From a virus (lineage: Duplodnaviria; Caudoviricetes): DNA of 64,000 nucleotides. Shown piece after piece: positions 1 to 10,653 of the stretch (its first letter is position 1; each line of letters opens with the position of its first letter). The notes under the pieces were generated by a model. It saw only the letters and a program-made list of their open reading frames with translations. It was not told the origin of the DNA and ran no database searches. A program made the translations under genes and the position numbers. The stretch lies in the IMG/VR virus record IMGVR_UViG_3300030376_006242, one strand, 5' to 3'.

Positions 1-1959
1 TCAACAAAAATTACAGGTACAGCAGTAGCAACTGGTATTACAGCAGGTAGTAAAACATTTACGATTGCTGAATCAATTGTTGGTCAAGCGGCTTTAAATT
101 CTGCTGTAACAGTTTCAGTTTCACCAACAGGTGCGGCAACTGATGCTGATTTAATAGCAGGTGCTATTAACGGTTCAGGATTCACAAACATTGTAGCAAG
201 TGTTGATTCTTCAAACAGAATCGTAATAGAACACAACGATGGTGGTGAGTTTGTAATTACTGACACAAACGGAACATTAGGCGAAGCAGGTTTCACTGCT
301 TACAATTACACAACAAAAGCAGGTACAGCCAACTTATACGCAGATGGTTCAAACCTAAGAGCAAGTAATTGGAAAATTTTAACTTATACAGCAAGTGCCA
401 ACGCAGTAACAACAACTGCGGCAGATGGTCAATTATGGTACAGTTCAATTGTTGATGAAGTTGATATTATGTATCACAACGGTACAGACTGGAAAGGTTA
501 TTCAGCAGTATCAAGTTCAGACCCAGCAGGTCCACAAGTTTCAGCAACTGCTCCGACTACACAATCAGATGGAACAGCACTTGTTGAAGGCGACTTATGG
601 ATTTCAACAGCAGATTTAGAAAACTATCCATTAGTTTACAAATGGAACGCAACATCTTTAAGTTGGATACAAGTTGACACAACTGATCAAACAACAGAAA
701 ATGGAATGCTATTTGCTGATGCTAGATTCGGTACAACGGGTGGTTCAACAACAGTTGCTCCATCAAGCACAATAGCAGAATTATTAGCAAGTGATTACTT
801 AGACCCAGATGCTCCAGATCCAGCATTATATCCAAAAGGTATGTTGTTATGGAACACAAGACGTTCAGGTTTCAATGTTAAGAAATTTGTAAGAAACAGC
901 ATAGATGTTACAGCAAAAAACACTAGAGGTACAGATGCTGATACATTAATGACAAATTACTATCCACATAGATGGGTAACTGAATCGGCTAACCAAGCAG
1001 ATGGTTCAGGTTCATTTGGTAGAAAAGCACAACGTAAAGTTATTGTACAATCTTTACAAGCAATGTTAAACTCTAATCAAGAAATTAGAGATGACGAATC
1101 AAGATTGTTTAACTTAATGGCAACACCAGGTTATCCAGAATTGATTGGTGAAATGATTTCATTAAACAATGACAGAGGCTTGTCAGCATTTATACTAGGT
1201 GACTCACCAATGAGATTAACACCAGATGCAACAAGTTTACAAAACTGGGCAACAAACGTTAACCAAGCAGTTGAAGACAATGACAAAGGTTTAGTAAGCA
1301 CAGATGAATATCTTGGTGTGTTTTATCCATCAGGATTTACTTCAGACAACTTTGGAAACAATGTTGTAGTTCCAGCATCACACATGATGTTAAGAACTAT
1401 TGCTTTAAGTGACCAAGTTTCTTTCCCATGGTTTGCTCCAGCAGGAACAAGAAGAGGTGGTATAACTAACGCAACATCAACAGGTTACATCAACAACGAA
1501 GGCGAATTTGAAGCAACAGCATTAAACGAAGGTCAAAGAGACACATTGTACACAAACAATGTAAACCCAATCACTTTCATTACAGGTGCTGGTTTAGTAA
1601 ACTACGGACAAAAAACTAGATTTGCTGGAAGTTCTGCACTAGACAGAATCAACGTTGCTAGATTAGTAATTTACTTAAGAAGTCAGTTAAACAAACTAGC
1701 AAGACCATATGTGTTTGAACCAAATGATAAAATCACAAGAGATGAAATCAAGGCTCAAGCAGAAAGTTTATTACTTGAACTAGTTGGTAACAGAGCGATT
1801 TTTGATTTCTTAGTTGTGTGTGATGAATCAAACAACACACCTACAAGAATAGACAGAAACGAGTTGTACTTGGATATTGCTATTGAACCAGTCAAAGCAG
1901 TAGAGTTCATCTACGTACCATTAAGATTGAAAAACACTGGTGAAATAGCAGGATTATAA
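1..1959 (+). CDS. gp18: Contractile tail sheath protein (5' truncated by window)
   Basis: Frame is open from base 1. C-terminal sheath motifs PWFAPAGTRRG, LDRINVARL, FEPND, VVCDESNNTP and IEPVKAVEFI. Confidence 0.95.
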   Translation, partial: STKITGTAVATGITAGSKTFTIAESIVGQAALNSAVTVSVSPTGAATDADLIAGAINGSGFTNIVASVDSSNRIVIEHNDGGEFVITDTNGTLGEAGFTAYNYTTKAGTANLYADGSNLRASNWKILTYTASANAVTTTAADGQLWYSSIVDEVDIMYHNGTDWKGYSAVSSSDPAGPQVSATAPTTQSDGTALVEGDLWISTADLENYPLVYKWNATSLSWIQVDTTDQTTENGMLFADARFGTTGGSTTVAPSSTIAELLASDYLDPDAPDPALYPKGMLLWNTRRSGFNVKKFVRNSIDVTAKNTRGTDADTLMTNYYPHRWVTESANQADGSGSFGRKAQRKVIVQSLQAMLNSNQEIRDDESRLFNLMATPGYPELIGEMISLNNDRGLSAFILGDSPMRLTPDATSLQNWATNVNQAVEDNDKGLVSTDEYLGVFYPSGFTSDNFGNNVVVPASHMMLRTIALSDQVSFPWFAPAGTRRGGITNATSTGYINNEGEFEATALNEGQRDTLYTNNVNPITFITGAGLVNYGQKTRFAGSSALDRINVARLVIYLRSQLNKLARPYVFEPNDKITRDEIKAQAESLLLELVGNRAIFDFLVVCDESNNTPTRIDRNELYLDIAIEPVKAVEFIYVPLRLKNTGEIAGL

Positions 1960-1984
1960 TAGATAAATATTATAGGAGAAACAA

Positions 1985-2611
1985 ATGAGTATATCTACAC
2001 TATCAAAAATTACAGTACCTTTAGACAGTAACCAATCTGCTTCTAACCAAGGTCTGTTAATGCCAAAGTTACAGTATCGTTTTAGAGTATCACTTGAAAA
2101 CTTTGGTGTATCTACACCGACTACTGAACTTACAAAACAAGTTGTAGATATCACAAGACCTAATTTAAGTTTTGAAACAACAACTATTGATGTTTACAAC
2201 TCTAAAGTATATCTAGCAGGTAAACACACATGGGAAACTGTTACACTAACATTAAGAGAAGATGTCAGCAACAACGTACAAAAACTTGTTGGTGAACAAT
2301 TACAGAAACAATTTGACTTCTTTGAAATGAGTGCGGCGGCTTCAGGTTCAGACTACAAATTCGTAACAAGAATAGAAATTACAGACGGCGCAAACGGTGC
2401 CAACACAGTGAATGTTTTAGAAACATTTGAACTGTATGGTTGCTACATTGAATCAGCAAACTACAATCAATTAGCATATCAAACAAGTGAACCTGTGACT
2501 GTAACGTTAGCATTAAGATACGACAATGCTATCCAAACTCCACAAGGAACAGGTGTTGGAACTGCTGTAGGCAGAACTGTAAACACTTTAATTACAGGCG
2601 GCGGCGCTTAA
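1985..2611 (+). CDS. gp19: Tail tube protein
   Basis: Follows sheath; PKLQYRFRV, YLAGKHTWE and FELYGC motifs; late promoter ATAAATA and GGAG RBS upstream. Confidence 0.88.
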   Translation: MSISTLSKITVPLDSNQSASNQGLLMPKLQYRFRVSLENFGVSTPTTELTKQVVDITRPNLSFETTTIDVYNSKVYLAGKHTWETVTLTLREDVSNNVQKLVGEQLQKQFDFFEMSAAASGSDYKFVTRIEITDGANGANTVNVLETFELYGCYIESANYNQLAYQTSEPVTVTLALRYDNAIQTPQGTGVGTAVGRTVNTLITGGGA

Positions 2612-2637
2612 TAATCATTAGCAATTATAAATTCAGG

Positions 2638-2660
2638 AAGGGGGCTCAGGCCCCTTTTTT
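2638..2660 (+). terminator. Intrinsic terminator after tail tube gene
   Basis: GGGGC-TCAG-GCCCC hairpin followed by T6. Confidence 0.8.
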
Positions 2661-2685
2661 GTTATAACCAAGGAGGATAACCCCC

Positions 2686-2805
2686 ATGAAGAAAATGTTG
2701 AAAAACAAAAAACTATGGATCGGTATTGCGGTTCTAGTAATCGTGATTGGTGTGGCAATGTTAACTGGCGATTCAACACCAGTTGATGCTACTACACAAG
2801 GCTAA
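2686..2805 (+). CDS. 39-aa single-pass membrane peptide (not in ORF track)
   Basis: AGGAGG RBS; MKKMLKNKKLWIGIAVLVIVIGVAMLTGDSTPVDATTQG. Confidence 0.7.
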   Translation: MKKMLKNKKLWIGIAVLVIVIGVAMLTGDSTPVDATTQG

Positions 2806-2821
2806 TCCTAATATAACAGTG

Positions 2822-2854
2822 CTTAAGGCGGCTTTATAGTTGCCTTAAGTTTTT
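2822..2854 (+). terminator. Intrinsic terminator
   Basis: CTTAAGGCGGC-TTTATA-GTTGCCTTAAG followed by a T run. Confidence 0.7.
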
Positions 2855-2890
2855 AATACTACCGCTTTTTCCCTTACATAAATACTGTAT

Positions 2891-4024
2891 ATGGCAAATT
2901 TACTAAAAGGTTTTTTAGACAATGTGTTCAAAGGAACACTAAATCCCAAAGGAAATCTAGCAGATTTCAGCCATGCTTCTAGGCTTTATGTTGATGACAG
3001 TTTTAGATTAGCACCCAAACAAAAATTTTTATATCATGTGGTTTTCAATATTAATCCACAAGCGGCAATTACAGATCCGCCATTAAGTAATCATCAAAGA
3101 GAATTGAATATGCTTGTAAAAGCAGTAGACTTACCACAATACACTGTGGATATGATCACTGCACAACAATACAACATTAAAAGAAAAGTACAAACTAAAA
3201 TTTCATATGATCCTATAAACATTACATTTCATGATGATAATTATGGCGTCACAACAGCATTATGGGAAACATACTATAGGTATTACTTCAATGACGGAAA
3301 TTATGGTTCTAAAGATACAGTAGGAAATCAGTCTAGCAGTACAGAAAGACCTTACAGTAAAATAGGTGGACTACACAATAGTAAAAATACAAAAAATAGA
3401 TTTGGTTTAGATAATGATGCCAATATTCCTTTTTTTACAAGCATTCAAATTTATCAGATGGCAAGAAAAACTTATACTTGTTACACATTGGTAAATCCTA
3501 TTATTCAAAGATGGCAACATGATTCAATGAACAATCAAGAAAATGCTCCTGTACAAAATCAAATGGTTGTAGAATATGAAGCAGTATTTTATTCAAGAGG
3601 TAGAGTACAAGCCAATGGTGCTCCAGCAGGTTTTGGAAAAGAACATTACGACAAAACTCCTTCACCTAATTCATTATCAGGTGGTGGCTCTACAAGTTTA
3701 TTAGGCACAGGCGGTGTGTTATCAGGATTGTTCGGTGAGAATGATGGCCCATATACTTACATTGGAAGTCAACTTGGTTCTAGCAGAGGAAAAATAACTT
3801 TAGGATCAATAATAAGAACAGCAAACAGATTAAAAAATGCTAAAAATTTATCTAAAGAAGGTTTGAGGCAAGAAGGTTTCAACATTCTTACAGGTGCAAT
3901 AGGAAGAATTGGAAACACTTCTGATCAAGCATATGGAGTACCAAATACGTTTATAGGTAGAAGTGCTTCAAATATTGGATCAGGATTAAAAGCAGTAACA
4001 AAAGCATTAATAAAAAGGAACTAA
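2891..4024 (+). CDS. Baseplate/tail-tube initiator (gp54/gp48-like tube fold)
   Basis: Tube-like motifs VKAVDLP and YDPINITFHDD; position in tail module; late promoter upstream. Confidence 0.6.
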   Translation: MANLLKGFLDNVFKGTLNPKGNLADFSHASRLYVDDSFRLAPKQKFLYHVVFNINPQAAITDPPLSNHQRELNMLVKAVDLPQYTVDMITAQQYNIKRKVQTKISYDPINITFHDDNYGVTTALWETYYRYYFNDGNYGSKDTVGNQSSSTERPYSKIGGLHNSKNTKNRFGLDNDANIPFFTSIQIYQMARKTYTCYTLVNPIIQRWQHDSMNNQENAPVQNQMVVEYEAVFYSRGRVQANGAPAGFGKEHYDKTPSPNSLSGGGSTSLLGTGGVLSGLFGENDGPYTYIGSQLGSSRGKITLGSIIRTANRLKNAKNLSKEGLRQEGFNILTGAIGRIGNTSDQAYGVPNTFIGRSASNIGSGLKAVTKALIKRN

Positions 4025-4386
4025 TGAGTAATTTACCTAAACAAAACAATGACAGCAATCAACCTGTAAAAGAATTTTTTAATAATTATTTTAACGAAAC
4101 AATTTCTTTTCCAAGTAATGATGTTGACGCAGTCGTAGGTTATTTTGAATCACGAGGATTTGATAGAACTGCTAGTATATCAACAGCAACAGTAATATTA
4201 CAACAGGCTAAAATTGACGGAGTAAAAGTATTTGAATTATTGGATACTTTGAAAGGCATGGACAAAGTTCAATTAAGTTATATCGTTACAGAAATTTTAA
4301 ACCACAATAGGTCCAACACATCATCACTTGGATACAAAGTTAAAACTGAAAACAGCCTTTCAGAAAAACGTAACATAGTGGTATAA
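4024..4386 (+). CDS. Phage hypothetical protein
   Basis: Translationally coupled ORF in morphogenesis module. Confidence 0.7.
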   Translation: MSNLPKQNNDSNQPVKEFFNNYFNETISFPSNDVDAVVGYFESRGFDRTASISTATVILQQAKIDGVKVFELLDTLKGMDKVQLSYIVTEILNHNRSNTSSLGYKVKTENSLSEKRNIVV

Positions 4387-4390
4387 TCCA

Positions 4391-4822
4391 ATGGCGAAGT
4401 TCGCTCAAGGAAGATTTCAAATAAAAAATCCTGACAAGTATGTTGGTGGTAGAACACCTTTATATCGAAGTAGTTGGGAATTTGCTTTTATGAGATTTTG
4501 TGATGAAAGTCCTAGTATATCTAAATGGGCAAACGAATCAATACGTATTCCTTACAAACATCCACTCACAGGAAAATTTACAATATATGTGCCAGATTTT
4601 TTTATTGCTTACACAGATAAAAATGGAAGACCCCATGCAGAAGTAATTGAGATTAAACCAGAAAATCAAACATTGACCGAAAAGGTTGGCAAAAACAAAT
4701 ACAATCAAGCACAACTGATTATTAACAAAGCAAAATGGATGAGTGCTCAAATGTGGTGCAAGAATAAAGGATTCAGATTTAGAGTAATAAACGAAAAAGA
4801 CATTTTCCACGGTACCAAATAA
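4391..4822 (+). CDS. gp4: Head completion nuclease (TnsA-like PD-(D/E)XK)
   Basis: YRSSWE, YVPDF, EIKP and final FRVINEKD motifs. Confidence 0.88.
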   Translation: MAKFAQGRFQIKNPDKYVGGRTPLYRSSWEFAFMRFCDESPSISKWANESIRIPYKHPLTGKFTIYVPDFFIAYTDKNGRPHAEVIEIKPENQTLTEKVGKNKYNQAQLIINKAKWMSAQMWCKNKGFRFRVINEKDIFHGTK

Positions 4823-4864
4823 GTTTTTCGGTGACCATGGGGTACACTAAATAAAATTACATTT

Positions 4865-5416
4865 ATGACCAAAAAATTAGAAGAACTACTCAACCTTCCA
4901 GAGTCGCAGGAAATAGTAAAAGAAGAACAAGCGAAATCTAAGGCTGAAGACGAAAAAGCACAAAAGAAATCTCAAAGTATTGACCAACAAAAAAGCACAA
5001 TGAGAGATATTGCTGAGTTTGATAAAATTGCCGCGGCATTACCAAAAGTTGAAGGCTTAGGAGAAATGGGTGATTCTGAATTGGATGATGTGGGTACTAG
5101 AGCAATCAATGCCTATGAGGACTTAATGGATTTAGGAATGAATGTAGAAAGTAGATACTCTGCTCGTATATTTGAAGTAGCAGGCAATATGTTGAAGACA
5201 ACACTTGACGCCAAAGTCGCAAAAATGGATAAAAAGTTGAAGATGGTTGATTTACAACTTAAAAAGCAAAAACAAGACCAAAAAGCGGGAGATTCCGACA
5301 CTAATGTGGTACAAGGCGAGGGATATGTGATATCAGACCGTAACAGTTTATTGGAAAAACTTAAAAAGATGGATAAATACAACAAAGCAGAAAAAGATGA
5401 CAAAAATGACAAGTAA
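4865..5416 (+). CDS. Probable terminase small subunit (gp16-like)
   Basis: ARIFEVAGNMLK resembles the gp16 RAYEVAGQLIK motif; helical; upstream of large terminase. Confidence 0.55.
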   Translation: MTKKLEELLNLPESQEIVKEEQAKSKAEDEKAQKKSQSIDQQKSTMRDIAEFDKIAAALPKVEGLGEMGDSELDDVGTRAINAYEDLMDLGMNVESRYSARIFEVAGNMLKTTLDAKVAKMDKKLKMVDLQLKKQKQDQKAGDSDTNVVQGEGYVISDRNSLLEKLKKMDKYNKAEKDDKNDK

Positions 5417-5990
5417 ATTTGAACAATATCTAGCAGAAAGCACAAAAACGTACCCATTCAAAATTGGGGTAGCGGGTGATTTGCCAGAAGGTTTCGCTGA
5501 CACTTTAGAATCAGCACTAGCAAAATTCGTAGTTGTTAAAATGAGCAACGGTAAAAAAACTCCAATACAAAAAAGACCATTGGATTTTCCTGCTTTAGAA
5601 AACGAAAGAACAACCTACTTTGAAACAGAATTACAATACCCAACAACAACACAAGTTCTACAACAATACATCAAAACATACACTGATCTTCCTGAAAGTC
5701 ATATTATTGTGAGAAATCCAAATGAGCCTCAAGAAGAGTACCAAGCAGAAAAAGATGATGCTCCATACGAAGCAAAATTAAATTCAGCATATGAAGACAG
5801 CAAAGACGAACAAAAGTCAGCAGGTACAAGCAGAGTAATGGATTTATTAAAGGAATTAGAAAAAGAAAGAAAAGAAAGATCAGCACCAGATGCCGCAGGT
5901 GATATCAAACCAGGCGGTAACGTTATGCCAAATGAAGGCGACAGCAAAAACAAAATGTCACCTATTTCAGGCAAGTCGAAAGGTAAATAA
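5406..5990 (+). CDS. Hypothetical virion/head protein
   Basis: Late promoter at 5374; N-terminus FEQYLAE is typical of protease-processed head proteins. Confidence 0.55.
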   Translation: MTSKFEQYLAESTKTYPFKIGVAGDLPEGFADTLESALAKFVVVKMSNGKKTPIQKRPLDFPALENERTTYFETELQYPTTTQVLQQYIKTYTDLPESHIIVRNPNEPQEEYQAEKDDAPYEAKLNSAYEDSKDEQKSAGTSRVMDLLKELEKERKERSAPDAAGDIKPGGNVMPNEGDSKNKMSPISGKSKGK

Positions 5991-5994
5991 TAAC

Positions 5995-6450
5995 ATGGAC
6001 ATAAGAGATTTTTTAACAAAAATTGATGCTATTCAAAATAAAGAGCAAATGAAAGAAGATGTAAAGAAAATACATCTTAACGAAGCATCACAAGTAATGT
6101 TGTATGGAGATACTCCAGAAGACATGAATGCTATCGCACAAATTTTCAAAAACGCAGGAGTAACTCCTCCAGCACCAGTTGAAGGTCCAAAGCCAGAAGA
6201 AGCAGAAGCAGAAGAAGTTTCAGCAACTGAAGAAGTTCCAGGCAAAGCAACAACAACACCTAATCCTGAGTACAAAGACACACAGTACATGACTAAAGAT
6301 TTATCAGGTGGTCCAAACAGAATTCAAAAAACTTATCCAAAAGTTGCAGGTGGAGATAATCCAATGGCAATTAAAACGGATGAAGAAATTGAATCTTCAA
6401 TTAAAGAAGCACTAGTTCAAGCATACCAAGACTTCAAAAAAAAAGACTAG
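5995..6450 (+). CDS. Acidic head-associated protein, probably extendable to 6602 by a -1 frameshift
   Basis: ATG at 5995; ends TTC AAA AAA AAA GAC TAG; the -1 frame stays open to 6602. Confidence 0.65.
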   Translation: MDIRDFLTKIDAIQNKEQMKEDVKKIHLNEASQVMLYGDTPEDMNAIAQIFKNAGVTPPAPVEGPKPEEAEAEEVSATEEVPGKATTTPNPEYKDTQYMTKDLSGGPNRIQKTYPKVAGGDNPMAIKTDEEIESSIKEALVQAYQDFKKKD

Positions 6451-6645
6451 AACGTAGCCTTACAAAACCAGAAGAAAAAGCAAAAGAAAAATACGTCAAA
6501 GGTATGAAAAAAGCCAAAGGCGATTTTAAAGACCGTTATGGTGACGATGCTGAGGCAGTAATGTATGCGACTGCTACCAAAATGGCAAAGAAAAACGCAT
6601 AATCAAAAAGCAATACACCACCAATTTTCAGCATAAGTATTATAT

Positions 6646-8229
6646 ATGAGTAATAAAAGTTTAGACGGTGTCCTTACCAAAAAAGCACACCAACGTGAAA
6701 GGTTTACAGAAGAACAAATAGCAGATTTAGTTGCCTGCTCAAACGAAAAAACTGGCTTCGAAGCATTTGCTAAAAAGTTTTTCTTTATACAACATCCTGT
6801 AAAAGGAAAATGTATTTTTGAACCTTTTGATTATCAAACAAGATTACTTCACAGTTATCACGATTTTAGATTTAATATTAATATGCTACCAAGACAAAGT
6901 GGTAAGACAACAACTGCCGCTTGTTATCTTTTATGGTATGCTATGTTCCACCCTGACCAAACAATTCTAATTGCGGCACACAAATACACAGGTGCTCAAG
7001 AAATTATGCAACGTATAAGATATGGATATGAACTGTGTCCTGATTTTGTCAGAGCAGGTGTTACAAACTACAATAAAGGTTCAATGGAATTTGAAAATGG
7101 ATCACGTATTGTATCAGCAACTACCACAGGTAACACAGGTAGAGGTATGTCTATATCATTATTATACTGTGATGAGTTTGCGTTTGTAAATCCAGGAATA
7201 GCACAAGAGTTTTGGACTTCTATTTCTCCAACACTAGCAACAGGTGGACGAGCGATTATTACTTCCACACCTAACTCAGATGAAGATGTATTTGCGACTA
7301 TTTGGCGAGAAAGTCAAAACAAATTTGATGAACACGGCAACGAACAAGAATTAGGAATCAACGGTTTTCATGGATACACAGCAAGTTGGGACGAACATCC
7401 TGAGCGAGATGAAGAATGGAAAAAACAAGAATTAGGACGTATTGGTGAAGAAAGATTTAGACGTGAGTACGGTTGTGAATTTTTAGTTTACGATGAAACA
7501 TTAGTCAACAGTTTAGTATTAACAACTTTAGAAGGTGCAGATCCTGTTTTAAATATGGGACAAACACGTTGGTACAAAAAACTTGATCCCCATGCCACTT
7601 ACGTTGTCGCATTGGATCCAGCAATGGGTACAGGTGGAGACAATGCCGCAATTGAAGTATTTGAATTGCCTACATACAAACAAGTAGCAGAATGGAAACA
7701 CAACACAACGCCTATTCCACAGCAAATTAGAATAATGCGTGACATATGTAACTACATAAAAGAAGAAACAAAATCATCAGGCTCAAACATATATTGGAGT
7801 GTTGAAAACAATACCATAGGAGAATCAGCACTGTTAGTTATAAACGACTTTGGTGAAGACTCTATACCCGGTCTATTTGTATCAGAACCAATCAGAAAAG
7901 GACACATAAGAAAATTTAGAAAAGGATTTAATACCACACATAAAACAAAAATCACTGCTTGTTCAAGATTAAAAAATATGATTGAAAAAGAAAAATTAAA
8001 AATTTATAGCAAGCCACTAATTAGTGAACTTAAAAGTTTCATTGCCGCAGGTTCATCATTCAAAGCAAAATCAGGTCAAACAGATGATTTAGTGAGTGCT
8101 ACACTGTTAATCATGCGTATTATTAGTGTGCTTAAAGACTGGGATCCAAAAATATACTCGTCTTTTAGCCAGGCTGATGAAGACACCCAAGACAAGGTGA
8201 TGCCAATGCCTATATTTGTAAGCCACTAA
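6646..8229 (+). CDS. gp17: Terminase large subunit
   Basis: PRQSGKTT Walker A, LYCDEFAF Walker B, ITSTPN, nuclease ALDPAMG and TDDLV. Confidence 0.97.
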   Translation: MSNKSLDGVLTKKAHQRERFTEEQIADLVACSNEKTGFEAFAKKFFFIQHPVKGKCIFEPFDYQTRLLHSYHDFRFNINMLPRQSGKTTTAACYLLWYAMFHPDQTILIAAHKYTGAQEIMQRIRYGYELCPDFVRAGVTNYNKGSMEFENGSRIVSATTTGNTGRGMSISLLYCDEFAFVNPGIAQEFWTSISPTLATGGRAIITSTPNSDEDVFATIWRESQNKFDEHGNEQELGINGFHGYTASWDEHPERDEEWKKQELGRIGEERFRREYGCEFLVYDETLVNSLVLTTLEGADPVLNMGQTRWYKKLDPHATYVVALDPAMGTGGDNAAIEVFELPTYKQVAEWKHNTTPIPQQIRIMRDICNYIKEETKSSGSNIYWSVENNTIGESALLVINDFGEDSIPGLFVSEPIRKGHIRKFRKGFNTTHKTKITACSRLKNMIEKEKLKIYSKPLISELKSFIAAGSSFKAKSGQTDDLVSATLLIMRIISVLKDWDPKIYSSFSQADEDTQDKVMPMPIFVSH

Positions 8230-8245
8230 CAGATAAATACACTAT

Positions 8246-10522
8246 ATGAACTTAAATGTTATAGCAAAAGACCTTTTTAACAAGATTAGAGGGCAATTTC
8301 CTCAGGTTACATTGGGTGATTCACAGGGTAAAGCAACCACTGAACCCACTGAAGCAAGGTTCTTTGACTTCGATTTCAAAGAGGGCGGAAACACTCTAGG
8401 AAAGGTAAGTATTAGCATAAGTGAAGAAGATGGCTTGGTTGTAATGCACAGCAAAGACTTTGTAGAACAGTCAGATGAGCCATTAAAACACGGTTGGTAC
8501 AACTTTTTAAAAGAATTAAGAAGTTTTGCTAAAGCAAGAGTGCTTGGGTTTGATACAAGAGATATCACAAAAAGCAATCTTGAAAAAAGAGACTACGATT
8601 TTTTAGGACAAGGAAAAGAGGTAGAAAAAGTGAGCGAATCAAATTTATACGGTACAACAAAAACAAGTTTTCAATCTGTGGGCGAAGCACGTTTAGTAAT
8701 TAAACATTCTGCTCCAGTAAATCCAACAGTAGCAGGTGGTAGAACACACAGAATAGAATCTCTTTTCATAGAAAACAATGCAGGCGAAAGATTCAAATAT
8801 CCATTTAAACATTTAAACGGTGCTAGAGCAATGGCACGTCACGTATCAGAGGGCGGCAATCCATTTGACGACTTTGGTAAGCACATTTCTGAAATGAGTT
8901 CAGAATTAAATCAATTAAGAAAATTCAAAACATACATGAACAGATCAAGTGTGATGGCAGAAGGTCTTAAACAATATCAATCTGTTGTAGATGAAAGAAT
9001 TGAAGAAATTAAATCAAATTGTTTAAAATTACAAAAACAATCAGCATACAAAGAATCATTTGAAAGTTACAGTAAATCAGAATTAGCAGAAGTTCCAGAA
9101 GATGTGAAACAATCTTGGATAGACGAATTAACTATTAAAACATTCAACGAAGAATTACAAGATGTGTTTCCTTACATCTACAAACTTGTTTCTGAAAGAA
9201 CAGCAATAGAAGAATTAGGTCCAACATCATTTGAAGCACATGGATACCAAGGTGGAACAGAACCAAGAACATTAAAATATGATTTAGTTGGCGACTTTGA
9301 TCCTGAGAATCCAGTTGGAGACATGGATGTAGATAATATTCAAAACTTATTATCCAAAGCAGGAATATCAGCAGATGTACAACCAGATGAATCTAGATTC
9401 CAGGGCGTAGTTGTACACACAGATACAAATCCAGAAGAAGTTGAAAAAGTTTTAGGCGGAATGATTGAGACTGTGGATAACTTTCATGAATTTGAATCAG
9501 CAATGGATGATATTGTAAGAGAAGACAATGGTTTATTTTCAGATGATGCTGAAGAACAACAACAAGCATTAGAACAATTAAACAAATTAATGGCTAAACA
9601 TTTTCCTGTAGGTATCAATGGTACAAACGGTATTGAAAGTCTAGCAGGTATAATTGATGATCAAGAATTAAATTCACAAATTCAAAAAGCGGCTAAAGAA
9701 AATTCAGATGCTTGTATGCGTCCAATGATAATGGATTATGTATCACAAAAAGATCCTACACTGGTTTCAAAAATTGACACAGGTGATATGAATAATGAAC
9801 CTAAAGAAGATGAAGCAATTACATTTGAAGACATCAAACCTTATGTGTCTATGTATCAAGGCAAAGATGGTAAAATGGTATATGATGTGTTAGGTAAAGA
9901 TGGCGAGTCAGTAGAAAAATTTGGTGATGCCAAAGCGGCAATGGCTTATTTAAAACAGAATTTCGACAAATTAAGAAACAAAGGTGTAAAAGAAAAAACA
10001 ACAGCACACGATCTAGATACAGATTACGAAGGATCATTTGATTATGAACTTACAGGTGATGATGGAGAAATGGCTCACGGTACAATCAAATACAAAGCAA
10101 TCAACGGACAAGTTGATCCTAACAGTTTAGAAGGTGAATACACATACGATGGCAATCATAAAATTGACGACGATACAGCAGATGAAATGATTAAGCCAGG
10201 TGGCTCAGAACATGAAGAAGCATTGAAAGCCGCACAAGAAGATTATGATCACGTATCAGACAAGATGCGTTCAAAGTTTGGTATGGAAGACAAAGAAGAT
10301 AAAGCATTCAACAACAAAGAAGAAACTGTAGAAGACTTCGTAAAAAGTTTCTTTGACTACACTTCAAATCAATTTCCTAAAGGTGAAACAGCAGTACTAA
10401 CTTCAGTAGAAAAGAAGTTTGGTGACAGTGCTGTGGCAACTGCACAGGAAACAATCAAAGACTTAATGGCAAATAAAGATCCCGAGATTGCCAAAATCAA
10501 AAGATTAGCAGGCGTTCAGTAA
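8246..10522 (+). CDS. Large acidic virion-associated protein of unknown function
   Basis: 758-aa ORF with late promoter; ends KIKRLAGVQ. Confidence 0.6.
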   Translation: MNLNVIAKDLFNKIRGQFPQVTLGDSQGKATTEPTEARFFDFDFKEGGNTLGKVSISISEEDGLVVMHSKDFVEQSDEPLKHGWYNFLKELRSFAKARVLGFDTRDITKSNLEKRDYDFLGQGKEVEKVSESNLYGTTKTSFQSVGEARLVIKHSAPVNPTVAGGRTHRIESLFIENNAGERFKYPFKHLNGARAMARHVSEGGNPFDDFGKHISEMSSELNQLRKFKTYMNRSSVMAEGLKQYQSVVDERIEEIKSNCLKLQKQSAYKESFESYSKSELAEVPEDVKQSWIDELTIKTFNEELQDVFPYIYKLVSERTAIEELGPTSFEAHGYQGGTEPRTLKYDLVGDFDPENPVGDMDVDNIQNLLSKAGISADVQPDESRFQGVVVHTDTNPEEVEKVLGGMIETVDNFHEFESAMDDIVREDNGLFSDDAEEQQQALEQLNKLMAKHFPVGINGTNGIESLAGIIDDQELNSQIQKAAKENSDACMRPMIMDYVSQKDPTLVSKIDTGDMNNEPKEDEAITFEDIKPYVSMYQGKDGKMVYDVLGKDGESVEKFGDAKAAMAYLKQNFDKLRNKGVKEKTTAHDLDTDYEGSFDYELTGDDGEMAHGTIKYKAINGQVDPNSLEGEYTYDGNHKIDDDTADEMIKPGGSEHEEALKAAQEDYDHVSDKMRSKFGMEDKEDKAFNNKEETVEDFVKSFFDYTSNQFPKGETAVLTSVEKKFGDSAVATAQETIKDLMANKDPEIAKIKRLAGVQ

Positions 10523-10541
10523 TAAACTTTACCAATTCAGG

Positions 10542-10600
10542 TTGACTAAATAGTAATATTAGTATATATTTGACAATATGTTTGTCTTGTGCTATACTAA
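10542..10600 (+). promoter_or_regulatory. Sigma70-type promoter plus overlapping late-type box upstream of gp32
   Basis: TTGACA-17-TATACT with extended TG; TTGACTAAATA further upstream. Confidence 0.7.
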
Positions 10601-10653
10601 TATTTTAAAGGCACATAATATAATAATAACAGGCAATAAAGGAGGCTTAAATT

